Shown here in pieces: positions 48,433 to 56,071 of a DNA stretch of 64,000 nucleotides. Location: NCBI GenBank assembly GCA_046758385.1, contig JBHIAB010000001.1:2608-66607 (forward strand). Reading direction: 5' to 3'. Source of the stretch: Candidatus Methylomirabilia bacterium. Lineage in GTDB: Bacteria > Methylomirabilota > Methylomirabilia > Rokubacteriales > CSP1-6. The position numbers and the translations under genes were made by a program. The stretch's first letter is position 1; each line of letters begins with the position of its first letter. The notes below the pieces were generated by a model, which had not been told where the DNA came from, did not search any database, and was given only the letters and a program-made list of their open reading frames with translations.

Positions 48433-49059
48433 CTATTTGAGCCGGCTGCAGATGTCATCTCCGCCTGGAGCCGGCCCCGAATCCGCCGGGGAGTCGGGAT
48501 CGGTGTCGATGGTCCCATCCGGCCCCGCCGAGCAGGTCCACACCACCTTCGCCGGAGAGTCTGCGGGATTCGCATTGCCGATGTTTACCAGATAGCGGTT
48601 CCCCCAGGGGTCCTCAGTGATTTTCTCCAGGTACGGCCCCCGCCAACGAAACCGACCGTTCGAGGAGTATGGGGTGGTCCCGGGGGCGTTCTTGATCAGA
48701 TGATCCTCAAGATCGTCGGCCTTTCCCGGTGTGAACCATTTGTTGTTACCGGGGGGGTTGTCGATAGGATCGTTGCCCGGCCCTTGGAGGATGTCGAAGT
48801 CAGGGGTTCCTGTGGTCCGCGTGCCATCCGTATAGATCGGGAAATGGCCCACGTCTCGGGTGAGGCGGATGATGCTCGCCCCGATGACCTTGACATCTCC
48901 CTCGGCCTTTTCTCTCTTGGCATCTTCCACGTAGCTGATCACCATAGGAGTGATCGCCCCCAGGAGCAGGCCGATCACCGCCAGGACGACGATCATCTCC
49001 AAGAGGCTGATTCCCAACTCCCCTCCGAACTTCCGTCTCCTCATGCTTATCAGCTCCAT
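48433..49059 (-). CDS. gspG: pseudopilin, closest to canonical GspG
   Basis: G|ISLLEMIVVLAVIGLLLGAITP; WRGPYLEKITEDPWGNRYLV; SAGPDGTIDTDPD. Confidence 0.7.
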   Translation of the reverse strand: MELISMRRRKFGGELGISLLEMIVVLAVIGLLLGAITPMVISYVEDAKREKAEGDVKVIGASIIRLTRDVGHFPIYTDGTRTTGTPDFDILQGPGNDPIDNPPGNNKWFTPGKADDLEDHLIKNAPGTTPYSSNGRFRWRGPYLEKITEDPWGNRYLVNIGNANPADSPAKVVWTCSAGPDGTIDTDPDSPADSGPAPGGDDICSRLK

Positions 49060-49094
49060 TCCTTCAAGGATTGGAAAGTCTCGCGGGCTCCCGA

Positions 49095-49832
49095 TCAGGC
49101 TCCGGGCAAGATCGCGCTCGCCCTTCCCAGGTTCTTCCCTATATCATCAGATCCGGCGGCGACACTTTCCCGGTTCAGAGGCGTCTCGAGCAAACGGTCT
49201 GGGCCAACGGAGAGGATCCAGCCGTTGCCCAACACCCGCATGATCTCTGATAATCCCGCCTGACCCCGAATCGCGACCTCGCCGCCAAAGATCAGGGGTA
49301 GAACATTGATGATGTAGGCCCGGTCCCATGGGTCACTGATGACGGGTTCCATGTAGGGGCCCTGCCAGTCGGGAAAGTCGACCACACTCGGCCTTCTGAC
49401 CAGGTAGTCGTTGATGTCCAGGGCAGTGCTCGGAGAAAAATTCACGCAGCTCCGGCCGATAAAAACGGTGGCATCGAAGAAGCCGATGTTCAAGAAGTCC
49501 GGGAGGGGCGTGCCGAGCGTCGGATCTATAGATGTCGGCACCCCAGATTGGAGGAAGCACGGTCCGGCCCCCCCGACCACCCCGATCTTTTCCTCCCCGG
49601 GCCACTGGCGCGTGTCCTGGCGGAACTTCATCATGGCGTTGGCAAGGGTCAACAGCTCTCTGGCAGCCTTGGTCTCCTTCGCCTCCTCGATCCGATCCAT
49701 CGTCATGGGAATGGCTACGGACGCGACGATCGTGGTCATCGCGACGACCGCCGTAGTCTCGTAGAGGGTCACCCCGCGGCAATCCCTGAAGCGGGCGAGA
49801 AGGAATCTGAGCGTTCTGACGATGCGTCTCAT
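49095..49832 (-). CDS. pseudopilin, GspG-like (paralog 5)
   Basis: ...DCRG|VTLYETTAVVAMTTIVASVAIP; WQGPYMEPVISDPWDRAYIINV; SVGPDRLL. Confidence 0.7.
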   Translation of the reverse strand: MRRIVRTLRFLLARFRDCRGVTLYETTAVVAMTTIVASVAIPMTMDRIEEAKETKAARELLTLANAMMKFRQDTRQWPGEEKIGVVGGAGPCFLQSGVPTSIDPTLGTPLPDFLNIGFFDATVFIGRSCVNFSPSTALDINDYLVRRPSVVDFPDWQGPYMEPVISDPWDRAYIINVLPLIFGGEVAIRGQAGLSEIMRVLGNGWILSVGPDRLLETPLNRESVAAGSDDIGKNLGRASAILPGA

Positions 49833-50029
49833 GGCGTTGTCTTCTCGACATCTCTAACTGAGAGCGCACTCAAATGCGTCACGATTATAGCTGCACCCAA
49901 AGAATGGGGCCGGGGGGAGAGGAAGCGATGCCGCTCCCCCCGGTAAAGTCCCCCAAACGCCTTCTTCCAAGAAGTACTGGCGCGGCGCTGCTAAGACCCG
50001 CCTCGTGTCTTATGCGCTACTACTTGTCC

Positions 50030-50701
50030 CTAGTTTTGGACGATCTTCTTGCCGAGGCTCCGGCCGATGTCGTTACCATTCGGATCCAAGTCCGAATCTA
50101 CAAAGTCGGTGGTCAGGGTCTGGTCGGATCCACCCGAGATGACCCACCCGTAGCCCAAGTAATTGTGGGCACCCAAGTCCTCGGCGTCAAACAACGGGCG
50201 GGGGTTAAAGATATAGGCACGGCCCCAGGGATCCGCGGTGATCGGATCCATGTAGGGTCCATTCCAGTTGGAATAGCCTGAGGGCCCAGTGCTCGCCGAC
50301 AAGTAGGTGTTGAGGTCCACGGGCGGAGCGCAGGTATTATTGCCAAGGCAGGTGTTGGGAGTCAGGGTGAGGTCTGTCAGAGCGGGCAGTGGGGCGCTGC
50401 CGCTAACGAGGAAGATTGTTTGGTCTGGGATCCCATCGTTGCCGCTGGTATCCATCTCGAGTTCCCCAGGCCACTTTCCCGTGTCGTTGAAGAAGCTAAA
50501 GGCAGCCTTGAAGATGGTTTCCGTCTCCTGCTTCGCGGCAGTGCCCTCGGCGCTCTGAATCTGCTGGAGGGCCACAGGCACCGCGACGGCGGCGATAATC
50601 CCCGCCATGGCGACCGCCGCCGTGATCTCGTAGAGGCTGATGCCTCGTGAATCCCTGAGGTGCCTCAGCAACGCCTTGAACATTCTGGCCATCCGTCCCA
50701 T
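50030..50701 (-). CDS. pseudopilin, GspG-like (paralog 6)
   Basis: ...DSRG|ISLYEITAAVAMAGIIAAVAVP; WNGPYMDPITADPWGRAYIF. RBS GGAGGG 7 nt upstream of ATG 50701. Confidence 0.7.
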   Translation of the reverse strand: MGRMARMFKALLRHLRDSRGISLYEITAAVAMAGIIAAVAVPVALQQIQSAEGTAAKQETETIFKAAFSFFNDTGKWPGELEMDTSGNDGIPDQTIFLVSGSAPLPALTDLTLTPNTCLGNNTCAPPVDLNTYLSASTGPSGYSNWNGPYMDPITADPWGRAYIFNPRPLFDAEDLGAHNYLGYGWVISGGSDQTLTTDFVDSDLDPNGNDIGRSLGKKIVQN

Positions 50702-50753
50702 CTTCTCACCCTCCTTGTCTCGAGAGCTTCTCTCGAGATGTTATGGGTTTGCG

Positions 50754-51524
50754 TTAACTGACGCCAGACTGAACCTTCTCAATCCGCTTGCCAAGATTTT
50801 GCCCGACATCGTCTGTCGCAGGTGCGAGCACGGAGTCGGTCAGCCTTGTCTGGAGCAGCCGATCCGGCCCCACACTGAGGACCCAGGCATATCCCAGATC
50901 CCCCCCGGTCTCGATGGCCCCGGTAACGGCGTCCGGCGTGCCCGCGGCCCCGACACCGGCTGTGATCGCCTCGGCGAACATCAAGGGGAGGACATTGATG
51001 ACGTACGCCTGATTCCAGGGGTCAGCCGTAATGGGCTCCATGTAGGGACCCTGCCAGCTGGGGTAATCCACCGGGTTAGGCTTTCTGACCAGGTAGTCGT
51101 TGATGTTCAGGGCATTGGTGTGGCTGAAGGTCGCGCAGAGAGATGCCTGAGGCAGAAAGTCGCCGGTATCGATCGTTCCGATCTCAGCGCGCGTCAGCGT
51201 GGGAAGAAGCGCGCTCGTCTGTGGATCACTTCCTGGCCTCCCCGTCTGGAGGAAGCACGATGTGCCATCGGTCCTGATCTCCACCTCGCCGGGCATCCGG
51301 CCTGTGTCCTCGAAGAAGCTCGCGATAGCTTTGGTGATGATGGTCACTTCCTGGGCGGCCTTGGCACTCTTGGCTGCCTCTATCTTGTCCAGCGCCACCG
51401 GCAGAGCCACCGCCGCGAGGATGGCGGTCATGGCGACGACCGCCGTGGTCTCGTAAAGCGTGACCCCGCGGACATCCTTGAGGTGTCGGATAAGACCCCT
51501 GAGCAATCTCGTTACGGGCTTCAT
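50754..51524 (-). CDS. pseudopilin, GspG-like (paralog 7, promoter-proximal)
   Basis: Start chosen at MKPVTRLL (51524), preceded by GGAGG and the sigma-54 promoter. ...DVRG|VTLYETTAVVAMTAILAAVALP; WQGPYMEPITADPWNQAYVINV; SVGPDRLL. Confidence 0.7.
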   Translation of the reverse strand: MKPVTRLLRGLIRHLKDVRGVTLYETTAVVAMTAILAAVALPVALDKIEAAKSAKAAQEVTIITKAIASFFEDTGRMPGEVEIRTDGTSCFLQTGRPGSDPQTSALLPTLTRAEIGTIDTGDFLPQASLCATFSHTNALNINDYLVRKPNPVDYPSWQGPYMEPITADPWNQAYVINVLPLMFAEAITAGVGAAGTPDAVTGAIETGGDLGYAWVLSVGPDRLLQTRLTDSVLAPATDDVGQNLGKRIEKVQSGVS

Positions 51525-51555
51525 GTCCTTTGTCCTCCGCCGGTTGAGGCAGATA

Positions 51556-51571
51556 GCAATCATCGGGCCAG
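51556..51571 (-). promoter_or_regulatory. sigma-54 (RpoN) -24/-12 promoter
   Basis: Minus-strand reading CTGGCCCGATGATTGCT against consensus TGGCACG-N4-TTGCW. GG..GC spacing exactly 12. About 20-nt leader with GGAGG before ATG 51524. Confidence 0.5.
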
Positions 51572-51663
51572 CGTTAAGTGCTTGATTTCTTGGGGAAAAC
51601 GCCTCGAACAATAAGAGGAGAAAGCTACAAAATTTGGGAGTTCCCTACAAATCTTGAGGATCA

Positions 51664-52089
51664 TTAATCAGGGCCGTATCGATCGATAGCGGCCCGGACG
51701 GTGTCCAACACCCGCCTTGCCTTTGCCAGGGCGTCTCCCCCGTCTTCCGCATCGAAGAGCTGGCTAGCCGGGACCCCATCCGGTGACCCATAAAAGGCAG
51801 GCTCCCGGTCTAACGCCAAGCTGTCAGAGTCATAGGCCAGCCGGTCCGCCGCCTTCCGGTCAAGGACTTTCCTGCGGGCCAGCTCTTTTTTGATCAGCCG
51901 TCCAAGCAGGTGAGATTTCGGATACTCGATGCCCCACAGACGGAACAGGCCCTTGATCGCCAGCTCTGCGGCCTCCTGACACTTGCGTACCACTCGATGA
52001 TAATGTTCTGCCCGCTGAGACCCCTCGGCTTCTCTCAGGATGATCTCAGCGTCCGCCAGATACGATCGAGCGGCTCTGTCGTTCCTCAT
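51664..52089 (-). CDS. HEPN-domain protein (module 3)
   Basis: 141 aa helical. 4-bp overlap with MNT. Paralogous layout to 42584..43018. Confidence 0.65.
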   Translation of the reverse strand: MRNDRAARSYLADAEIILREAEGSQRAEHYHRVVRKCQEAAELAIKGLFRLWGIEYPKSHLLGRLIKKELARRKVLDRKAADRLAYDSDSLALDREPAFYGSPDGVPASQLFDAEDGGDALAKARRVLDTVRAAIDRYGPD

Positions 52090-52604
52090 AGCTCGATGAT
52101 CTCGCCGGGCCTGAGATCAGGCTTCAGCACCCAATACCAGCTCCCGTCGGGGAGAGACTTCTTTCGGGATCCCAGGGCACGCAATCGTTCGCGGACGACC
52201 TCCAATTCCTTGCGGAATTGTTCTCTGGGGTCGTAAAGAATCACCGCTTCTTCCACCATGTCGAGGAAGATGAGGGGGTGCGCCCTTGCTTCCTCCTCTG
52301 AAAGGGCAAGGAAGGCGGGTTCAAGGGGTCGGCCGCACGCCTCTAGGTCGCGATACTCTCTGCTTTCCCGAACCTCAGCCAGTAAGGGAAGAAAGCTCTT
52401 GGTCCTCTTGGCATAGCTCTTGGGAGGGTTCTGAAGGATAACCAAGATGTCTAAATCGCTACCCGGCCGATCAGTCCCTCTGGCGGCAGAGCCGAAGAGC
52501 GCCACCGCAATGAGCTGTTCCCCCAGGGCGTGCTTCAACGCGGCGCTGACCTTCCTCGCCAGAGCCATCACCTTCTCGGTATGACCCGGGAACTTTGTGC
52601 TCAT
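52086..52604 (-). CDS. MNT nucleotidyltransferase (module 3)
   Basis: Start at MSTKFPGHTEK (52604). LFGSAARGTDRPGSDLDILVIL. C-term YWVLKPDLRPGEIIEL. The ORF-track N-terminal extension (…GEGEGEGEG…) is translation of the palindromic repeat and is rejected. Confidence 0.7.
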   Translation of the reverse strand: MSTKFPGHTEKVMALARKVSAALKHALGEQLIAVALFGSAARGTDRPGSDLDILVILQNPPKSYAKRTKSFLPLLAEVRESREYRDLEACGRPLEPAFLALSEEEARAHPLIFLDMVEEAVILYDPREQFRKELEVVRERLRALGSRKKSLPDGSWYWVLKPDLRPGEIIEL

Positions 52605-52638
52605 GTTTGGATTCTTCCGGGTTCGACGTGGCTGCTGT

Positions 52639-52689
52639 CCTTCCCCCTCACCCTCGCCCTCTCCCCCAAAGGACCCAAAGGGGAGAGGG
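52639..52689. repeat. GC-rich palindromic intergenic repeat, copy 1 (CCCTCACCC..GCCCTCTCCCC-loop-GGGGAGAGGG)
   Basis: Perfect 10-bp inverted repeat with 13-nt loop, preceded by conserved CCCCTCACCCTCGCCCTCTCCC. Confidence 0.6.
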
Positions 52690-52705
52690 AACTCTGTCGA
52701 GGAGG

Positions 52706-54106
52706 TCAGCCGCCCTTGAAGCGCTCGGGGTCGATCCCATACTTTTTGACCCGGTACCACAGGCTCCGCTCGTTGATCCCGAGCCGCTTGGCGGCAACGG
52801 CCTGGACCCCTCGCGCTTCCCGGAGGGCTTCGATAATCCGTTCCCGCTCTAATGCGGCAAGGCGCTCGTCCAGGGAGCCTGCCGCCGCGGAACTCTCGGT
52901 CGCCGGCGCGGAGGGGTGGAGGTGCAGGGGGAGGTCTTCCTTCTGGATAAGCTCTCCCTCGGCCATGATCGCCGCGCGCTCGATGCAGTTTCGAAGCTCG
53001 CGGACGTTTCCCGGCCAGAAGTAGGCCATGAGCCGCTCCATCGCCTCACCGGACAGTCCCCTCACGTTCCTGTCCTCGGTGTCGGCGATCTCCTGGAGGA
53101 AACGCTCCACGAGGAGCGGGATGTCCCCCACCCGCTCTCGGAGCGGCGGAAGGACGATGGCGAAGACATTGAGGCGGTAGTAGAGGTCCTCCCTGAACTC
53201 CTTCCGTCGGACCGAGTCCGCCAGATCCTTGTTGGTGGCCGCGATGACGCGGACATCCACCCGAATCGGCTTGGTGCCCCCGACGCGGTAGATCTCCTGG
53301 TTCTCGATGGCCCGGAGGATCTTGGCCTGGGTCGTGAGGGCCATGTCTCCCACCTCGTCCAGGAAGAGGGTGCCCCCGTGGGCGAGCTCAAATTTGCCCG
53401 GCCTTTGCGCCGTGGCCCCGGTGAAGGCTCCCCGCTCGTGGCCGAAGAGCTCCGACTCGAGGAGACCGTCCGGGATGGCGGCGCAGTTGACCTTCACCAG
53501 CGGAGCCTCTCGTCTCGGGCCGTTTCGATGGACCAACTCGGCCACCAGCTCCTTCCCCGTCCCCGACTCCCCCTGGATGAGGACTGTCGCCTGGCTCCGG
53601 ACCACCTTCTCCAGGAGCACGAAGACCTCTTGCATCCGGCCGCTCTGCCCGATGATGCCGGGGAAGTCATACCGCCGCTGGAGGCGCTCACGGAGCTCTC
53701 GGACCTCGCGCTGCAGTAGCCGCTTCTCCAGCGCTCGAGCGATCACCACTTCCAACTCGTTCACCCTGAACGGTTTGGTGAAGAAATCGTAGGCCCCCCG
53801 AGCCAGGGCTTCCATGGCCTGCTGTTTAGTGGCTACCCCCGACATCACGATAACGATCAGATCCGGCGCGAAGGCCTTGGCCCGGCTTACGAACTCGATC
53901 CCGGAGAGTCCGGGAAGCTTCACGTCGGTCACGGCGATGTCGATAGTTTGAGAGCGCAGGCACTCGAGGGCCTTTTCGGCGGTCGAGGAAACCTCCACCG
54001 CATAGCCTTGCTTTGTCAGGGCTTCTTGAAGGGCGAAACGGACAGACTCCTCATCCTCCACCACGAGGATGGCGATGGACTCCGGCGCCACGCTACGCTC
54101 GGTCAT
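52706..54106 (-). CDS. sigma-54-dependent response regulator (NtrC/PilR family: REC + AAA+ + HTH)
   Basis: 466 aa. REC (LVVEDEESVRFAL...DIAVTDVKLPG). AAA+ with GESGTGKE Walker A and GAFTGA sigma-54 contact motif. C-terminal Fis-type HTH. Confidence 0.85.
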   Translation of the reverse strand: MTERSVAPESIAILVVEDEESVRFALQEALTKQGYAVEVSSTAEKALECLRSQTIDIAVTDVKLPGLSGIEFVSRAKAFAPDLIVIVMSGVATKQQAMEALARGAYDFFTKPFRVNELEVVIARALEKRLLQREVRELRERLQRRYDFPGIIGQSGRMQEVFVLLEKVVRSQATVLIQGESGTGKELVAELVHRNGPRREAPLVKVNCAAIPDGLLESELFGHERGAFTGATAQRPGKFELAHGGTLFLDEVGDMALTTQAKILRAIENQEIYRVGGTKPIRVDVRVIAATNKDLADSVRRKEFREDLYYRLNVFAIVLPPLRERVGDIPLLVERFLQEIADTEDRNVRGLSGEAMERLMAYFWPGNVRELRNCIERAAIMAEGELIQKEDLPLHLHPSAPATESSAAAGSLDERLAALERERIIEALREARGVQAVAAKRLGINERSLWYRVKKYGIDPERFKGG

Positions 54107-54143
54107 CGTGGGTCGCTCTCCGACCGTGTTAGCCTTGATCCGC

Positions 54144-54190
54144 CCTGCACCCTCACCCCAGCCCTCTCCCTGAAAGGGAGAGGGAGAGGA
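54144..54190. repeat. GC-rich palindromic intergenic repeat, copy 2
   Basis: CCTGCACCCTCACCCCAGCCCTCTCCC TGAAA GGGAGAGGG; 9-bp IR. Confidence 0.6.
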
Positions 54191-55708
54191 TCAAGAGGCC
54201 GTCGTGCCCTTAACGGGCAGGAGTATGGCGAACTCTGTGCCATGATCATGCGAGCTCCTTGCCTTGATCTCCCCCCCGTGATCGGCGACGGCACGATAGG
54301 CGATGGGGAGGCCAAGGCCGGACCCCTCCTTCTTCGTCGTGTAGAAGAGGGTGAAGATCCGGTCCAGATCCTCGGCCGGGATGTAGGAGCCGCTGTTGAT
54401 GACACGCACGGCGATGACCTGCCCGGGTTCTATGTCGGCCGGGGCTTCCTCCTGGCTTACGGCCACCGCAATCCGGCCACCCGCCGGGGTGGCCTCGAAG
54501 GCATTGATAATGATGTTCACGAACGCCTGGCTCAGACGATCCGGATTGCCCGAGATGGGAGGAAGGGAGGAGGGGATGAGCTTCTCCAGCTCCACCCCCT
54601 TCTCCCAAAAGCGCATCTCGCTCCATACCGTCGACACAGCGTCCGCCACGAGACTCTCGACCTGGCAGAGGACCGGTTCCCGGACCTGCACCTGGGCCAG
54701 CGTCCTGATCTCGTCGGTGAGGCGCCGGACCCGCTCCAGCTCCGCTTCGATTCGTTCCACGTAACGACGGTCGGGGCTATCCGGAGCAATAGTGTCGCCA
54801 ATAAGGTCGGTGAGGGTCTGAACCGCAAGGACGCTGCCGCCGATCTCATGGACGATGCTGGCCCCCAGCGCCCCCAACGCGGCCAGTTGATCCACGCGAC
54901 GGATCTCTCTCTCAATGGCCTGAACCTGAGCGAGATCCTGAATGGCGAGGATCGCCGCCCGGCTCTCTCCTATGTGCGAGTCTACCGGGCCAATGGTTCC
55001 CCTCACCATCACGCGTCTGCCATCCCGCAAGGCCAGAATGAGATGAGGGAGCGTCGTCGGCGTCTCGGCCGTGAAAGCCTCGCGCAACGCCCGAAGGAGC
55101 TGGGCCTGTCCCTCGCTCGGTTCCAGGACTTCCCACATTGTCTTCCCCACCAACTGCTCTGGCGCCAGACCGAGTATCCGACGGGCTTCGGCGTTGGCAT
55201 CCAGGATCTCCCCGGCGGGGCTGAGGGTGATGATTCCCTCCGGGAGGCGGTCGAGGATGTCTGTAGCCCTGGCGTACTTCTCAAAGGAGAGGAGGAGGTA
55301 GTTCAGGCGGTTGGTAAGCCCGGAGATTTCATCGGTTTCGCGCGCCGGCGGGCGCTCGGCCGAAGAAGGCATCGTCTGCTCCAGCCGGCCAAGCATCTGG
55401 CGGATGGGGTGAACGATGGCGACCGCGATGGCAATCCCGAGGAGAAGAGCCAGCCCTCCCCCGACACCGATCACCCATAAGGTGGTTTCCCGAAGCGCCT
55501 GGGCCTCAGCAATGGGGAGAAGCGCAAAAACGCCGGCGCCCAGCGACTGAGTCGTGAGGCGGATGGCCCACAACCCCACGGCCATGGCAAGTCCCATGAG
55601 GACCAGGGGGAGGAACACGATCAGACGGATGCCGGTCAGCCGTCTGGCCCGTCCAATGACGCGGCGAAGGGTAAGCCCCTGCCGCCTGTCAGCTACCTGC
55701 GATTTCAT
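54191..55708 (-). CDS. sensor histidine kinase with PAS domain (PilS/NtrB-like partner of the sigma-54 regulator)
   Basis: 505 aa. Two TM helices, PAS-like segment, H-box LAALGALGASIVHEIGGSV. ATP-binding N/G1/G2 boxes (INAFEAT, GSGLGL). Confidence 0.8.
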   Translation of the reverse strand: MKSQVADRRQGLTLRRVIGRARRLTGIRLIVFLPLVLMGLAMAVGLWAIRLTTQSLGAGVFALLPIAEAQALRETTLWVIGVGGGLALLLGIAIAVAIVHPIRQMLGRLEQTMPSSAERPPARETDEISGLTNRLNYLLLSFEKYARATDILDRLPEGIITLSPAGEILDANAEARRILGLAPEQLVGKTMWEVLEPSEGQAQLLRALREAFTAETPTTLPHLILALRDGRRVMVRGTIGPVDSHIGESRAAILAIQDLAQVQAIEREIRRVDQLAALGALGASIVHEIGGSVLAVQTLTDLIGDTIAPDSPDRRYVERIEAELERVRRLTDEIRTLAQVQVREPVLCQVESLVADAVSTVWSEMRFWEKGVELEKLIPSSLPPISGNPDRLSQAFVNIIINAFEATPAGGRIAVAVSQEEAPADIEPGQVIAVRVINSGSYIPAEDLDRIFTLFYTTKKEGSGLGLPIAYRAVADHGGEIKARSSHDHGTEFAILLPVKGTTAS

Positions 55709-55732
55709 GCCGGGTGGAGGTGATTTTCCCCC

Positions 55733-55775
55733 TCACCCCGCCCTCTCCCCCAGTGGGGGCGAGCGACAATGGGCC
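55733..55775. repeat. GC-rich palindromic intergenic repeat, copy 3 (degenerate stem)
   Basis: TTTTCCCCCTCACCCCGCCCTCTCCCCC AGT GGGGGCGAG. Confidence 0.5.
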
Positions 55776-55825
55776 AGTGGGGGCCGGATTCCTTCGGATC
55801 AGGGTTAAAAGACTGCTCAGAATAT

Positions 55826-55993
55826 GAGAGAGGTCACGACGCCAAACCACGTGACAGTCACGGAGGTCACCACGATGGCGACCAGCCATTTGAAACTCTT
55901 GTCGATCCGGCCCTCCACCTCCCGCTGCGATTCCGCTATCGCCTTTCGCAGCTCGCCGATCTCGGAAATGACGCGCTCAAAGCCCTGCTCCAT
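55826..55993 (-). CDS. small membrane protein (55 aa), unannotated in ORF track
   Basis: GGAGG 7 nt upstream of ATG 55993. MEQGFERVISEIGELRKAIAESQREVEGRIDKSFKWLVAIVVTSVTVTWFGVVTSLIF: amphipathic helix + C-terminal TM. Confidence 0.35.
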
Positions 55994-56071
55994 GTCTTAT
56001 CCTCCTGTTCCATGTTCGCTTCGCTCTATCCAACCATCTGGCTTCAGCGGGAAGCCGCGCTTCGGCTCCTT

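Noticed and set aside
52605-52760. N-terminal extension of MNT ORF containing GEGEGEGEG
   Set aside because: It is the translation of the GC-rich palindromic repeat. A real start at MSTKFPGH is consistent with the paralog at 43015-43551.
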